Source: Bacteroidota bacterium (GTDB lineage: Bacteria > Bacteroidota > Ignavibacteria > UBA10030). From it: a DNA stretch of 62,797 nt. Each line of letters begins with the position of its first letter. Position 1 is the stretch's first letter. The notes under the pieces were generated by a model. It had not been told where the DNA came from. It saw nothing but the letters and a program-made list of their open reading frames with translations, and searched no databases. The position numbers and the translations under genes were made by a program. Positions 40,558 through 51,231 of this stretch are shown here, piece after piece. Where the stretch lies: positions 1-62,797 of the forward strand of contig JAFGLB010000013.1 in the NCBI GenBank assembly GCA_016928255.1, read 5' to 3'.

Positions 40558-41820
40558 TTACATCTTATCGGTTGTCTTTTCTGCTTCACGATAAGTCTTA
40601 TATTTCCTTGCTGTTTCCATCACATTTGCAGGAGGCTGTTTTTTCGCCAATTCATCGCTCATGAATTGCATATAGGGATGGATATAAGAAAAGAACGTCT
40701 TATATGCACTGCAGAGGCAGTTGAGTCCCGGTTCACCGTCCGGAGAAATTTCAAACCTGTGCTTTGGACATCCGCCATGGCATGCAAACAGGTATTCACA
40801 TCTGGTGCAGTATGAAGGAAGGGTTAAAAGTTTATTCTGCCCGAACTTCATTTGCCGGTCTGATCGAGCCATATCTTTTAAGTGTGTATATTTGATATTG
40901 CCTAACCGGTATTCCGGGTAGACATAATGATCGCACGAATACAGATCGCCGTTATGTTCCAGCACCATAGCGCTGCCGCATGTTTTGTCGAACACGCAGA
41001 GGCCCGGAGATTCGCCTGCCCAGTTTGCCAGCGTTGTATCAAAAAGCTGGACAAAGATCCTGCCTACATCATTACGCACCCATTCATCAAAAATTGTGAT
41101 AAGAAATTTTCCGTAATTTTCAGGATTTACCGAGCACTCGGTAACAGAAGTATTCGTTTTACATTCAGGAGTTACCAGGCACAGTTCTTTATCTTTAGCA
41201 CTATGATTTATTCTTTCCACTAGAGGCATGAATTGCATATATCTGCTGCCGATCGTTTTTAAAAAACTATATACCTCAAGAGGGAAACCGGCATTATGCC
41301 GGCCTACGACAGTAAGCGTATTAAATTCGACCTGATGATTTTTCAACTGCTCGATTGTTTTCATCACATCATCGAAATAAGTTTTGCCGGTCCTGTCAAT
41401 ACGGTACTTATTGTGAATTTCCATCGGACCATCTATTGAAATACCGACCAAGAAATTATTATTATGAAAAAATTTGCACCAGTCCGTATTCAGCAGAATT
41501 CCATTGCTTTGGAATGTATTTTCTATGTTTTTCCCATTGCGGTATTTGTTTTGAAGGTTAACTACTTTTTTAAAAAAATCGATGCCCAGTAAAGCGGGCT
41601 CTCCGCCCTGCCAGCCGAATGTTACAGTCGGTGCATCTTGCGATTCGATATATTGCCGGATGAAATCTTCGAGTAATTCATCACTGATAATAAAATCGTG
41701 CACGCCGGGATAAAGCTTTTTCTTCTCAGTATAGTAGCAATAGGTGCAATCGAGATTGCAGATCGGGCCGTGCGGTTTGATTATCAGGTGAAAGTCTGTG
41801 GGATTTTTACGTGAATACAT
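40558..41820 (-). CDS. Radical SAM/SPASM enzyme, anaerobic sulfatase-maturating enzyme (anSME) family
   Basis: The CxxxCxxC motif occurs in the anSME-typical context (IKPHGPICNLDCTYCYY). C-terminal Cys clusters are present (CTRCEYLFACHGGCPKHR). Confidence 0.75.
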   Translation of the reverse strand: MYSRKNPTDFHLIIKPHGPICNLDCTYCYYTEKKKLYPGVHDFIISDELLEDFIRQYIESQDAPTVTFGWQGGEPALLGIDFFKKVVNLQNKYRNGKNIENTFQSNGILLNTDWCKFFHNNNFLVGISIDGPMEIHNKYRIDRTGKTYFDDVMKTIEQLKNHQVEFNTLTVVGRHNAGFPLEVYSFLKTIGSRYMQFMPLVERINHSAKDKELCLVTPECKTNTSVTECSVNPENYGKFLITIFDEWVRNDVGRIFVQLFDTTLANWAGESPGLCVFDKTCGSAMVLEHNGDLYSCDHYVYPEYRLGNIKYTHLKDMARSDRQMKFGQNKLLTLPSYCTRCEYLFACHGGCPKHRFEISPDGEPGLNCLCSAYKTFFSYIHPYMQFMSDELAKKQPPANVMETARKYKTYREAEKTTDKM

Positions 41821-42230
41821 ATAAATAGATATAACCGGAATTAGTAACGTGATTTCAAATCAGGCTCGCCAGCAAAATGCCGATTCATAACAAGTTAGAA
41901 AAAAGTATATGATGGGTCAAAGGAGAAAAGGAGAATACTGCCAGGATATTATGCTATTCAATCCGTATGGGCCGCAAAGTATGATACTTTTTCGGTTGTT
42001 TATTTACTGCCTTTTCCGGCTGAATTGGCAAAATATTTCACTTTTGACAGACTTAATTGGAACAGTATATGCTCAAATGGAATCAGGATTTGTTTTTTAT
42101 GGATGACAATAATAACTTAAGTAGAGTTAAGCAAATGGAAGAACTTCTCCTGCAAGAAGTAAGACGCTGTATATGTTCTTGATTTTAATGCCATTTAGTC
42201 AGGCTTGAAGTATTTTGGAGGGTTATCATC

Positions 42231-45200
42231 ATGACTGATAATAGGAAGACTAAATCTGAACTGAATAAAGAAACCGCCTCGTTACGTAAGAAGTTAAAAA
42301 CTAAAAAAACTGACCGCAAGCCTGCCGATATAAAAAAATCCCGATCCAAGAAAATTCTCGCTGAAAGCGAAGAAAAATATAAAACACTTTTTAATAATGC
42401 ACCAATAGGCATAGCAATATCATCAATCGGCGGCAGGATTATCGAGGTAAATAAAACCCAGGCGGAGATGATAGGGTATGCAATAGATGAATTAAAAGGG
42501 ACGAATGAAAGCCGATATTATCGCAATCCTGAAAAAAGAAATGAAATGATTCAGGCATTTAAGAAAACCGGCAGGGTTAGAGATTTTGAGATGCAGCTGC
42601 GAAGGAAAGACGGCAGAATTATAACCGAACTTATTAATGCGGATAAAGTTAATATACGCGGCAAAGAGTATTTATTGACTGCCGGCATAGATGTCACAGA
42701 TATAAAGCATATTGGCAGTTTGCTGTTTGAGAATGAAATGACATTTCGCGCATTGGTTGAGAACAGTGCCGATGTAGTATCGCTTTTAAATGCCGACGGC
42801 AAAATTATTTATGACAGTCCGGCATACAGCAGGCTATTGGGTTATCCGACAGAAGAACGGATCGGCAAAAGTACATTTGATCTTGTTCATCCTGATGATC
42901 GTAAGAATTTACTCAGTCTATTCGCGGACATACTTAAGAAACCGGATATAATTCCGATACCGCCGACCCGTGTCAGGCATAAAAACGGTTCATGGATTTG
43001 GATTGAGGGAACTGTAAAAAATCTATTAAATGAGCCGGGAATAAATGCTCTTGTGGTCAATTTCCGCGATATAACAAATCGTAAGGCGGCTGAAGAGGCT
43101 TTGCAGGCAAGCGAAGAAAAATTCAAATATATATTTGATAATTCCATAATTGGAAAATCTATTACGCTTGCTACGGGCGAGTTGAATATCAATAAAGCAT
43201 TTTCCGATATGCTTGGCTATTCCCAGGAAGAGCTTAATAAACGCAGGTGGCAGGATATTACACATCCGGATGATGTCGCTTTAAACCAGAAGGTTATTGA
43301 TTCAATAATCTCCGGTGAAAAAGAATCGATGAGATTTTTGAAAAGGTACATCCATAAGGATGGTTCTATCGTGTGGGGTGATGTAAGCACGTCCTTGCGT
43401 CGTGATCAGAACGGCAAACCACTTTATTTTATCACTTCTGTAAATGATATAACAGAGCGCAAGCGGGTGGAGGAGGCGCTGAACGATCGTGACAACCTGT
43501 ACCGGAAATTATCCAGTAACGTTCCCGGAATGATATATCAGTTTTTAAGAAAACCTGACGGGAGCTATTGCGCGCCGTTTTGTACAGAAGCAATTAAGGA
43601 TATCTTCGGATGTTCTCCTGAAGACATACGCGCGGATTTTTCTCCGATAACCAGGGTAGTATTACCGGAGGATTTCGGCAAGCTTGTAGAATCAATCGAA
43701 AATTCAGCCAAACACCTGACACTGTGGCAATGTGAGTACCGTGTACAGATTCCCGGGCAGCCGGTCAGATGGTTGTTCGGTCAATCAACGCCCGAGAAAT
43801 TGGCTGACGGCAGCGTGATTTGGTACGGCTTCAATACTGATATTACCGAGGTTAAAAATATACAAGAAGCCCTTCAGCAAAGTCAGGATGATTACAAGAG
43901 ATTGTTTGAAGAGCATTCGGCTGTCAAACTGCTTATCGATCCCGATACAGGATCAATAGTTGATGCAAATCCGGCTGCAGTTGAATATTATGGCTGGTCT
44001 CGTGAAGAGTTAAAACAGATGAATATTTTTCAAATCAATACGCTCTCTGCCGAAGGAATAAAACATGAGATGGAAAAGGCGAGGACCGGAAAGGAAAAGC
44101 ATTTCGAATTTCAGCATAGGCGCGCCGATGGTTCTATTAGAAATGTCGATGTATACAGCAGCAGGATCAAAATAAGAGGAAAAGATGTGCTTCATTCGAT
44201 TATCCACGACGTAACAGAGCGCAAGCAGGCTGAGGAAGCTTTGCGCGAGAGTACTAACCGGCTGCAGACTGTTGTAACAGGTGCGCCGATTGTTCTCTAC
44301 AGTTTCGATTGTAACGGTATTTTCACGCTATCCGAGGGTAAGGGCATTGTGGGCCTGGGTGTTAAACCCGGCGAAATAGTAGGCAAAACCATCTACGAAG
44401 TCTACGGTGACCAGCCTGAAGCAATAGCCAACCTGCGACGTGCATTATCCGGGGAGACCTTTACGGTCGAGCAGTCGTTCCCGAGCGGGTTCTTATATGA
44501 GATTTCCCATATTGCAATGCGTGACGAGAACGGGGAGTACAGCGGCACTATCGGTTTGCTGGTGGATATCACAGAGCGAAAGCGCGCAGAAGAAGCACTG
44601 CGGGAAAAAGAAAAGGAACTTTTGGAAGCTCAGGCGATTTCGCATATCGGTAACTGGAAAGTTGTCTTCGGCAAAAATGGAAAGGAAAACTGGACAGGTT
44701 CTGCCGAACTGCGGCGTATTTATGGCTATCCTTTGGACATGGCAATAAATGGTATTGTCCGATTTGATAAAATTTATCCTGATGATCGTGAAGAAGCGCA
44801 AAAGAACTGGTTGGACTATATACAGGGAAAAGGATCCGATGAATGGGAATGCCGGATTATCGTTGATGAAAAAATCAAATGGATCCATGTCCGTGCAAAC
44901 CGCAAATATGATGAGTCGGGCAGACTAATAAGCATAGAGGGGACTGATCAGGAAATTACTGAGCAGAAAACTGTCCAGCAGGAAATAATACAAATGCAAA
45001 AAATGCAGAGCATCGGAACACTTGCCGGCGGCGTTGCGCATGATTTTAATAATATTCTCGGCATAATTCTCGCGTACAGCTCCTCATTAGAAAGACAGAT
45101 AGAAAACAAGGATAAAATTCTGGAATACGGCAGGATAATAACGCAGGCAGTAGACCGCGGTGCGGCGCTTGTTCGCCAGATCCTTACATTTGCCCGGCAA

Positions 45201-46124
45201 ACAGATATTCATATTGCGCTGATGAATGTAACTGAAATGATTCAAGAACTTCTCTCTATGCTTAAACAAACATTTCCAAAGATTATAACTTTCATAGAGA
45301 ATATTGATGAAAACGCTCCTTTTATTAATGCCGACCGTGCACAGATCTATCAGGCATTGTTGAATCTCTGCGTTAATGCAAGAGATGCCATGCCAAACGG
45401 GGGTTCTATAATAATTAGAATAAAAAAACAGACAATGAATCAGGTAAAAGAAAAGTTTTCTGCTGCTGATCAAAGGTTATATTTATTGATCAGTATTACC
45501 GATACGGGAATAGGAATGGACGAGGAAACACGCCTGAGGATATTTGATCCGTTCTTTACAACAAAGGAAAAAGGAAAAGGCACGGGACTTGGTCTGGCAG
45601 TTGTTTATGGAGTTGTTCAGGCTCATCGGGGTTTTATGGATGTTGAAAGCAAGCTGAATCACGGTACGACATTTAATCTCTATTTCCCTTGTCCTTACGA
45701 AAGTTATAATATTGAATATATCCCTTCAGCTGCAGGATCCTATGAAAAAGGCGGTACTGAGACAATACTGTTCGTCGAAGATGAAGAAGCACTGACCGAG
45801 ATGGTGTGTAATCTGTTAAAATCTAAAGGGTATAAGGTATATAAAGCGAAAGATGGGATTGAAGCAGTACAGGAATTTGAGAACCATAAAGAGAATATAG
45901 ATATTGTTATTTCAGATATGGGTCTTCCGAATATGACGGGAGTAGAAGTCTTTAGAAAATTAAAAGAAATAGATAAAAATGTTTTTGTAATTTTAGCTAG
46001 CGGATTTTTCGAGCCTGATATAAAATCTGAGCTATTCAAAGCAGGAGCGAAAGGCTTCATACAAAAGCCGTATAAACCTCATGAAGTCCTGCATGAACTC
46101 AGGAGAGTGCTGGAAATAAAATAA
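42231..46124 (+). CDS. Cytoplasmic multi-PAS (about 7 PAS/PAC) hybrid sensor histidine kinase with a C-terminal receiver
   Basis: 1297 aa. Seven PAS modules are separated by recurring D(I/V)TERK(R/Q)AEEAL linkers. These are followed by the H-box ([11 protein letters not shown]), the G-boxes and REC (LFVEDEE...[11 protein letters not shown]). Confidence 0.85.
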   Translation: MTDNRKTKSELNKETASLRKKLKTKKTDRKPADIKKSRSKKILAESEEKYKTLFNNAPIGIAISSIGGRIIEVNKTQAEMIGYAIDELKGTNESRYYRNPEKRNEMIQAFKKTGRVRDFEMQLRRKDGRIITELINADKVNIRGKEYLLTAGIDVTDIKHIGSLLFENEMTFRALVENSADVVSLLNADGKIIYDSPAYSRLLGYPTEERIGKSTFDLVHPDDRKNLLSLFADILKKPDIIPIPPTRVRHKNGSWIWIEGTVKNLLNEPGINALVVNFRDITNRKAAEEALQASEEKFKYIFDNSIIGKSITLATGELNINKAFSDMLGYSQEELNKRRWQDITHPDDVALNQKVIDSIISGEKESMRFLKRYIHKDGSIVWGDVSTSLRRDQNGKPLYFITSVNDITERKRVEEALNDRDNLYRKLSSNVPGMIYQFLRKPDGSYCAPFCTEAIKDIFGCSPEDIRADFSPITRVVLPEDFGKLVESIENSAKHLTLWQCEYRVQIPGQPVRWLFGQSTPEKLADGSVIWYGFNTDITEVKNIQEALQQSQDDYKRLFEEHSAVKLLIDPDTGSIVDANPAAVEYYGWSREELKQMNIFQINTLSAEGIKHEMEKARTGKEKHFEFQHRRADGSIRNVDVYSSRIKIRGKDVLHSIIHDVTERKQAEEALRESTNRLQTVVTGAPIVLYSFDCNGIFTLSEGKGIVGLGVKPGEIVGKTIYEVYGDQPEAIANLRRALSGETFTVEQSFPSGFLYEISHIAMRDENGEYSGTIGLLVDITERKRAEEALREKEKELLEAQAISHIGNWKVVFGKNGKENWTGSAELRRIYGYPLDMAINGIVRFDKIYPDDREEAQKNWLDYIQGKGSDEWECRIIVDEKIKWIHVRANRKYDESGRLISIEGTDQEITEQKTVQQEIIQMQKMQSIGTLAGGVAHDFNNILGIILAYSSSLERQIENKDKILEYGRIITQAVDRGAALVRQILTFARQTDIHIALMNVTEMIQELLSMLKQTFPKIITFIENIDENAPFINADRAQIYQALLNLCVNARDAMPNGGSIIIRIKKQTMNQVKEKFSAADQRLYLLISITDTGIGMDEETRLRIFDPFFTTKEKGKGTGLGLAVVYGVVQAHRGFMDVESKLNHGTTFNLYFPCPYESYNIEYIPSAAGSYEKGGTETILFVEDEEALTEMVCNLLKSKGYKVYKAKDGIEAVQEFENHKENIDIVISDMGLPNMTGVEVFRKLKEIDKNVFVILASGFFEPDIKSELFKAGAKGFIQKPYKPHEVLHELRRVLEIK

Positions 46125-46230
46125 AATCAGACGGCTGAAGACAAAAATACCGGCTCTTCTTACTAATTTTCAAATCAATAAATATGACGTTCCCTCCGGG
46201 CGGCTCAACTTTATACGGACTTTTTCGCGT

Positions 46231-47832
46231 TTACTCTAAGCTCATTACCTTCCACCATAACTCTCTTCCTTTCCTTGCGCCGAAAGCTAGATGTTTTCCG
46301 TCAGGACTTATATGAAGATATGGTGTGCCCGAGTATTCGTTTCCGAAAATTACGACACTGGTACCAATTGATTCTCCCACATCGAGCATTAATTGTCCTT
46401 TGGATGGCTGGATTCTCAAGGAAATTCCGAGTCCGTTGTTCGCAACCGCTCCTCCTATAAAATCAAATTCTTCGCTGATTATTCCGTTTACCGCTGCATA
46501 ATATCCGGTGCCTTTAAGGCATATGTATACGATCTTTTTTAAACTCGCACTGAAAAGAACAGCATTGTCTCTTGTAATTTTTATATGATATTGATCTATC
46601 GGAATTTCTCTCGGAAGAATCCCATGAAGAGCCGAATATTTTTCTCCATCAACAACCACAGACCATTTATCTTCTTCTTTTACACCATAAGCGGCAATTT
46701 TACTGTCGGGACTGAAATAAGGAATACTAATATCTCCGTATCTTTCACTCTTTTTGCCGTCAATAACCGTAAAAGAACTATCGTCTTCCCTGGCCCAGTA
46801 ACCGAATCTTTTACTGTCAGGACTGAAGCAGGGAATACTGACATCATCGTATCTCTCGCCTTCTTTTTCATCGATAACCGTAAACCAGCTTTTATCAACA
46901 ACAACCATCAGCCACTTATCGCCTTCCTTTGCACCGTAAGCGATTGTTTCGCCGTCAGGACTAAAATGAGGCTCCCTGACACCGTAATATTTCTTGCATT
47001 TTTTTTCGTCGATAACCATAAACGATTTATTGCCCTGTCTTACACCGTAGGCAACTCTTTTACTGTCATGACTGAATTGAGGCTCTCTAAACTCGTCATA
47101 TTTTTCGCTTTTTTTGTCATCTACAACCAGTAACCATTTGTCGCCTTCCTTTGCCCAATATGCAATTCTTTTGCTGTTGGGACTGAAGTGAGGATCCCTG
47201 ACCCAATCATATTTATCACCCTTCTGGTCGTCAACAACTATACACCATTTATTCTCTTCTTTATCTTTGTTTGCACGGTATGCGATCCTTCTGCCGTCGG
47301 GACTGAATTGAAGTGCCTCAATTTTGTCGTACTCTTCGCCCTTTTTATCGTCGATAACTGTAAACCACTTATTATCTTTTTTTGCGCAGTATGCAATTCT
47401 GCTGCCGTCGGGACTGAAGTGAGGGCAATCAATCTCATCATACTTCTCCGATTTCCTATCGCCTATAACCATAATCCAAGTACTGTCTACCCTTGCCTTA
47501 TATGCTAAGATTTTTCCGTCGGGACTGAAATGCGGCGGGCCAACTTCATCATACTCAATGCCTGCTGAATCGTTTACAGCTACAGCTGCTTTGTTTCCTT
47601 TTTTTAAAATGTAGGCAACACTCCTGCCGTCAGGACTGAACACATGCTTATCCAAATCTTCATCCTTGAAATTTTTTGGCAGGTCGGCAAGAAGTTTTTC
47701 TTTAAAACTTACCTTGCATTCGATTTTTTGGACTAAGGTCTCTTCTTCCTTTTGTTGAAGATATACATTTAAACCGATTACTAAAAGCAAGAGTGTTAGA
47801 ATTACAGCCAGATATTTTATTTTGCCTTTCAT
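46231..47832 (-). CDS. Membrane-anchored/secreted protein built of about 10-11 PD40/TolB-like repeats of roughly 37 aa
   Basis: An N-terminal hydrophobic anchor is present. The repeat HFSPDG..IAY.AK..DKW..V(V/I)D.KK.E.YD.I..P recurs, and the periodicity is visible at the DNA level from 46700 to 47500. Confidence 0.65.
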   Translation of the reverse strand: MKGKIKYLAVILTLLLLVIGLNVYLQQKEEETLVQKIECKVSFKEKLLADLPKNFKDEDLDKHVFSPDGRSVAYILKKGNKAAVAVNDSAGIEYDEVGPPHFSPDGKILAYKARVDSTWIMVIGDRKSEKYDEIDCPHFSPDGSRIAYCAKKDNKWFTVIDDKKGEEYDKIEALQFSPDGRRIAYRANKDKEENKWCIVVDDQKGDKYDWVRDPHFSPNSKRIAYWAKEGDKWLLVVDDKKSEKYDEFREPQFSHDSKRVAYGVRQGNKSFMVIDEKKCKKYYGVREPHFSPDGETIAYGAKEGDKWLMVVVDKSWFTVIDEKEGERYDDVSIPCFSPDSKRFGYWAREDDSSFTVIDGKKSERYGDISIPYFSPDSKIAAYGVKEEDKWSVVVDGEKYSALHGILPREIPIDQYHIKITRDNAVLFSASLKKIVYICLKGTGYYAAVNGIISEEFDFIGGAVANNGLGISLRIQPSKGQLMLDVGESIGTSVVIFGNEYSGTPYLHISPDGKHLAFGARKGRELWWKVMSLE

Positions 47833-48348
47833 TTCTTATCCTTATTTGTTGTTAAAAAACCTGGTGCTTATTGGATTTGCTTTCTCAATTGTGACTGCTG
47901 AATCCGGCTTTTTTCCCGGAATCTGATTTTAATAAAATTCCAGCAGATTTTCGGAATTTCCGACCTTGCTGCTGCAACTTATTGAAGCTCAAGCAGTATA
48001 ATAAGAATATAATAATTATTGATAAATAAATATCCAAAGTTTGAATATCTTTAAAAAAGGTAATTGCGTATAGGGCGGATATTTAATCCCGCCGGTAAAC
48101 TTAGAAAAATAGAAGCAATGAAAGCGGGGACTGTCTAACAGAAAGAGTGTGGAGTGAGAATATTGATGTAATTTTGGTATAACGGATTCTATTGAATATA
48201 CAGCGTTAATTATTTAATATAAGTTTGTTTATTATTATTCTTTCTTATATTTTTCATCTAGCGTCTTCACCCAAGGATTTATTTGCTTTTCTATTTTACT
48301 TAAAGGCATATAAATGCTTTATATTTACTGACTACAGGCCTATTAGTT

Positions 48349-51156
48349 ATGGACTTAATTTTATTGATACAGAACTTTTCTAGTATAAAATCTCTTAAGT
48401 TCAAATTTATTAGCATTTTATTAGTTATTCCCTTGTCTTTAATTTTATTTTCCTGTAATCAGGAAGAAAAAAACAAAGAATTACCAATAATTATTCTAGA
48501 TTCTACCAAAGCCGGTTTTGAAATCAGTATAAAAGAATGGCAAATACTGGGACCATTTCCTGATGATACTACACGATTTACTCAAAGTGATTTATCGACA
48601 GAAAATCCTGGTCTATTCTGCGATTATCTAAAAGATTTCAGATTATCGGAAGGATGCATCGAAGCTTCCGATATTGTTTCTATTAGTAAATCCAAGTCTA
48701 CTCATGTTGAACAACTAACAAATGAATTCACAAACAGATCTGTAAATGATACAAATAGATATTTTTATTTTTCAAATATTTTTAAAAGAAAGGAAAACAC
48801 AACATGCTATGCATTTTGTGAAATATATAGCCCCAAAGAACAAGATGTTTTGTTTGTGGCTGGCATGGATGATGGAATGATTGCCTGGTTAAATAATAAA
48901 GTAATTATTAGCAAAGCTAAAATGGGGGGTATATTGGAATATCAATATATGGTAGTGGCCCATTTAAACAAAGGAAAAAATTTGTTCTATGCAAAAGTAT
49001 ACAATATTCACTACGATTGGGGGATGTTTATAAATATATACAGCTTGACGGCTGCTAAGGATATATTAAGCAAAAACAATTCTTTAAAAATACTGGACAA
49101 TTGGATTTACCACACAGGAGATTCTCTTAACTTCAATATTGCTTTATTCGCCTCTCCATCTCAAAAATGCAAATTAATAATAAGCGACCATCTAAAGAAT
49201 ATCGTATTAATAAAAAATGAAAAAGAAAAGAGAATCTTAAACATTAATATGTTTCAATTTAAAAAGGGAGTATATTCAGCGAAAATATGTACGGACACAA
49301 TTAATTATGAACAATCATTTTATTACGGTAATGACGCTGACTCGTTATTACCGGGGTATATTTCTAAAAGTCGGCAATATAAAGATGAAAAAACAAAGAT
49401 AAATCTTAATGCTTTAATAATACGTTATAAACATTTAATAGATCCTGAAAACAAAAAATTAGAAGATCCTACATGGCAAAGTAAATTAGTTTTCGTAATT
49501 CAAGAACTTGAAGATGTGTTTAATGATTTAGAGCATAGAAAGGATGCTTTTAAACATAAAATAGGCAAACACCTTAGAGGATTTCTCAGCGAAATAGACA
49601 ATCAGGAGCAATTTTACAAAATTTACATACCTCATAAATATGGAAATGGATCTAAACCTCTTCCGGTTGTTGTTTTTGTCCCTTTTGAAACAGCTCCAAC
49701 CAGACCATTTCTGAAAAGTTTTCATGTTGCCAATCTTAATATTGAACAGGAACAGATTCAAGCTTCAGAAAAATATGGATGCATCCTGTTGTGGATAAAT
49801 TCTCGCGGCGGTTACTCACTGGAAAATCCAATTGAGACAACTGATTATTTTGAAGTACTTAAAGCCGTTCGAGAAGATTATAATATTGATGAAAACAGGA
49901 TCTATCTGACTGGAATGTGCAGCGGCGGACTGTCTTCATTAACATTGGGAATGCGTTATCCATCACTTTTTGCAGCAATCGGAATATTCTCTCCGATAAC
50001 CCATCTTAATAAAGTAGCAAAGTCTTTCCTTCCTATTCAAAATGAAACAGCAGATGTATGGTTCGAACAAAATACTCCATTAAGATTTACTGGGAATTAT
50101 TTAAACCTGCCTATCTACATTCTTCATGGAAATAAAAGTGAAGTACCTGAAAAACAATCCTTAGAATTTGTTGATAACTGCAGAAAGAATAATGTCAATC
50201 CATACTTCAAAATAACGTATGATGATAAAAATCCCGAGATCACAAGCACAGATTATACAGTATTTGATTTTTTCAAAGAAAAGCAAAGAAATTCCAATCC
50301 AAAAATTATCGATTTTTCGACTACACAGTTAAAATATAACCGGGCATACTGGGTCACAATCGAGCGGCTGATATCATTTTCTGAAAAAGCCAAAATACGT
50401 GCCGAATATGAACAAAATAACACAATAAAGGTCGAAACTAGAAATATAGCTAAAATCAGCATACAGCTTACGGATTTAGGAATAAACAGAACCAGACCGG
50501 TCAAAGTAATAGCGAATGGAAAGACTGTTTTTAATCAGCTAGCAAAAAATAATAGTATCTCTGTGGACATAACCCCTGAAACAAGCGACTATGATTTGTA
50601 TAAAAATCATGATATAGAAGGTCCTGTTATGCATGCATTTTCTAAAGGCTTTATACTTGCGGACTGCGAAAATTCGATCATTTCGGGAAAAGATAAAATG
50701 AGCGCTCCCTGCGATTCTATTTATTGTGCATGGAAAAGAGATTATTTTGTAGAAGGATGTCGTTATAAAAAGGCCGCGCAAATAAATCAAGAAGATATTA
50801 ATAAATTAAATTTAGTCTTAATAGGTAATCCTGAAAACAATAGTTTAATCAAGAATGTTATTACAAATATTCCGCTTAAGTTTTATGCTGATAGTATTGT
50901 TCTGTGCGGCAAAGTATACAAAGGCAGGGATCTTGGAATAGAAATGATTTACCCTAATCCTCTCAATAGAAGAAAATACATCGTGATGGTCGGATCCAAT
51001 AATTGGGAGAATTTTACTATACCGCAAACTAATTTATCTACGGAAGGTTGGTACGATTTTGTGATTTTTGAAAAAGCATCAGATCAATTGTGGAATATTA
51101 TAGATGTTGGATATTTTGATAATAACTGGCAACATTTAATATCTCTTGTAAATTAA
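48349..51156 (+). CDS. Large lipoprotein with a C-terminal alpha/beta-hydrolase (dienelactone-hydrolase/esterase-like) domain
   Basis: A lipobox is present (LILFS|C). Residues about 430-620 read PLPVVVFVPF...LLWINSRGG...RIYLTGMCSGGLSS...PIYILHGNKSE. GMCSGG fits the G-x-C-x-G-G nucleophile elbow of dienelactone hydrolases. The N-terminal half is unassigned. Confidence 0.5.
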   Translation: MDLILLIQNFSSIKSLKFKFISILLVIPLSLILFSCNQEEKNKELPIIILDSTKAGFEISIKEWQILGPFPDDTTRFTQSDLSTENPGLFCDYLKDFRLSEGCIEASDIVSISKSKSTHVEQLTNEFTNRSVNDTNRYFYFSNIFKRKENTTCYAFCEIYSPKEQDVLFVAGMDDGMIAWLNNKVIISKAKMGGILEYQYMVVAHLNKGKNLFYAKVYNIHYDWGMFINIYSLTAAKDILSKNNSLKILDNWIYHTGDSLNFNIALFASPSQKCKLIISDHLKNIVLIKNEKEKRILNINMFQFKKGVYSAKICTDTINYEQSFYYGNDADSLLPGYISKSRQYKDEKTKINLNALIIRYKHLIDPENKKLEDPTWQSKLVFVIQELEDVFNDLEHRKDAFKHKIGKHLRGFLSEIDNQEQFYKIYIPHKYGNGSKPLPVVVFVPFETAPTRPFLKSFHVANLNIEQEQIQASEKYGCILLWINSRGGYSLENPIETTDYFEVLKAVREDYNIDENRIYLTGMCSGGLSSLTLGMRYPSLFAAIGIFSPITHLNKVAKSFLPIQNETADVWFEQNTPLRFTGNYLNLPIYILHGNKSEVPEKQSLEFVDNCRKNNVNPYFKITYDDKNPEITSTDYTVFDFFKEKQRNSNPKIIDFSTTQLKYNRAYWVTIERLISFSEKAKIRAEYEQNNTIKVETRNIAKISIQLTDLGINRTRPVKVIANGKTVFNQLAKNNSISVDITPETSDYDLYKNHDIEGPVMHAFSKGFILADCENSIISGKDKMSAPCDSIYCAWKRDYFVEGCRYKKAAQINQEDINKLNLVLIGNPENNSLIKNVITNIPLKFYADSIVLCGKVYKGRDLGIEMIYPNPLNRRKYIVMVGSNNWENFTIPQTNLSTEGWYDFVIFEKASDQLWNIIDVGYFDNNWQHLISLVN

Positions 51157-51231
51157 CAATATACTGACGAATATAAAACATAGCTGTCACTTGTAATTAT
51201 CATTAAAACCTAGTTTTATAAAAATCACTTA

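Noticed and set aside
41909-42106. 65-aa ORF upstream of the multi-PAS kinase
   Set aside because: It has no SD and an odd composition. It lies in the promoter region between divergent genes. It was also checked as a possible RiPP precursor for the SPASM enzyme, but it is on the opposite strand and not Cys/Ser-patterned.
47833-48348. Searched both island borders (47833-48348 and 58244-58496) for att-like direct repeats, tRNA fragments or integrase remnants
   Set aside because: The only shared string is a trivial AT-rich decamer (taaataaata). Nothing distinguishes it from background.
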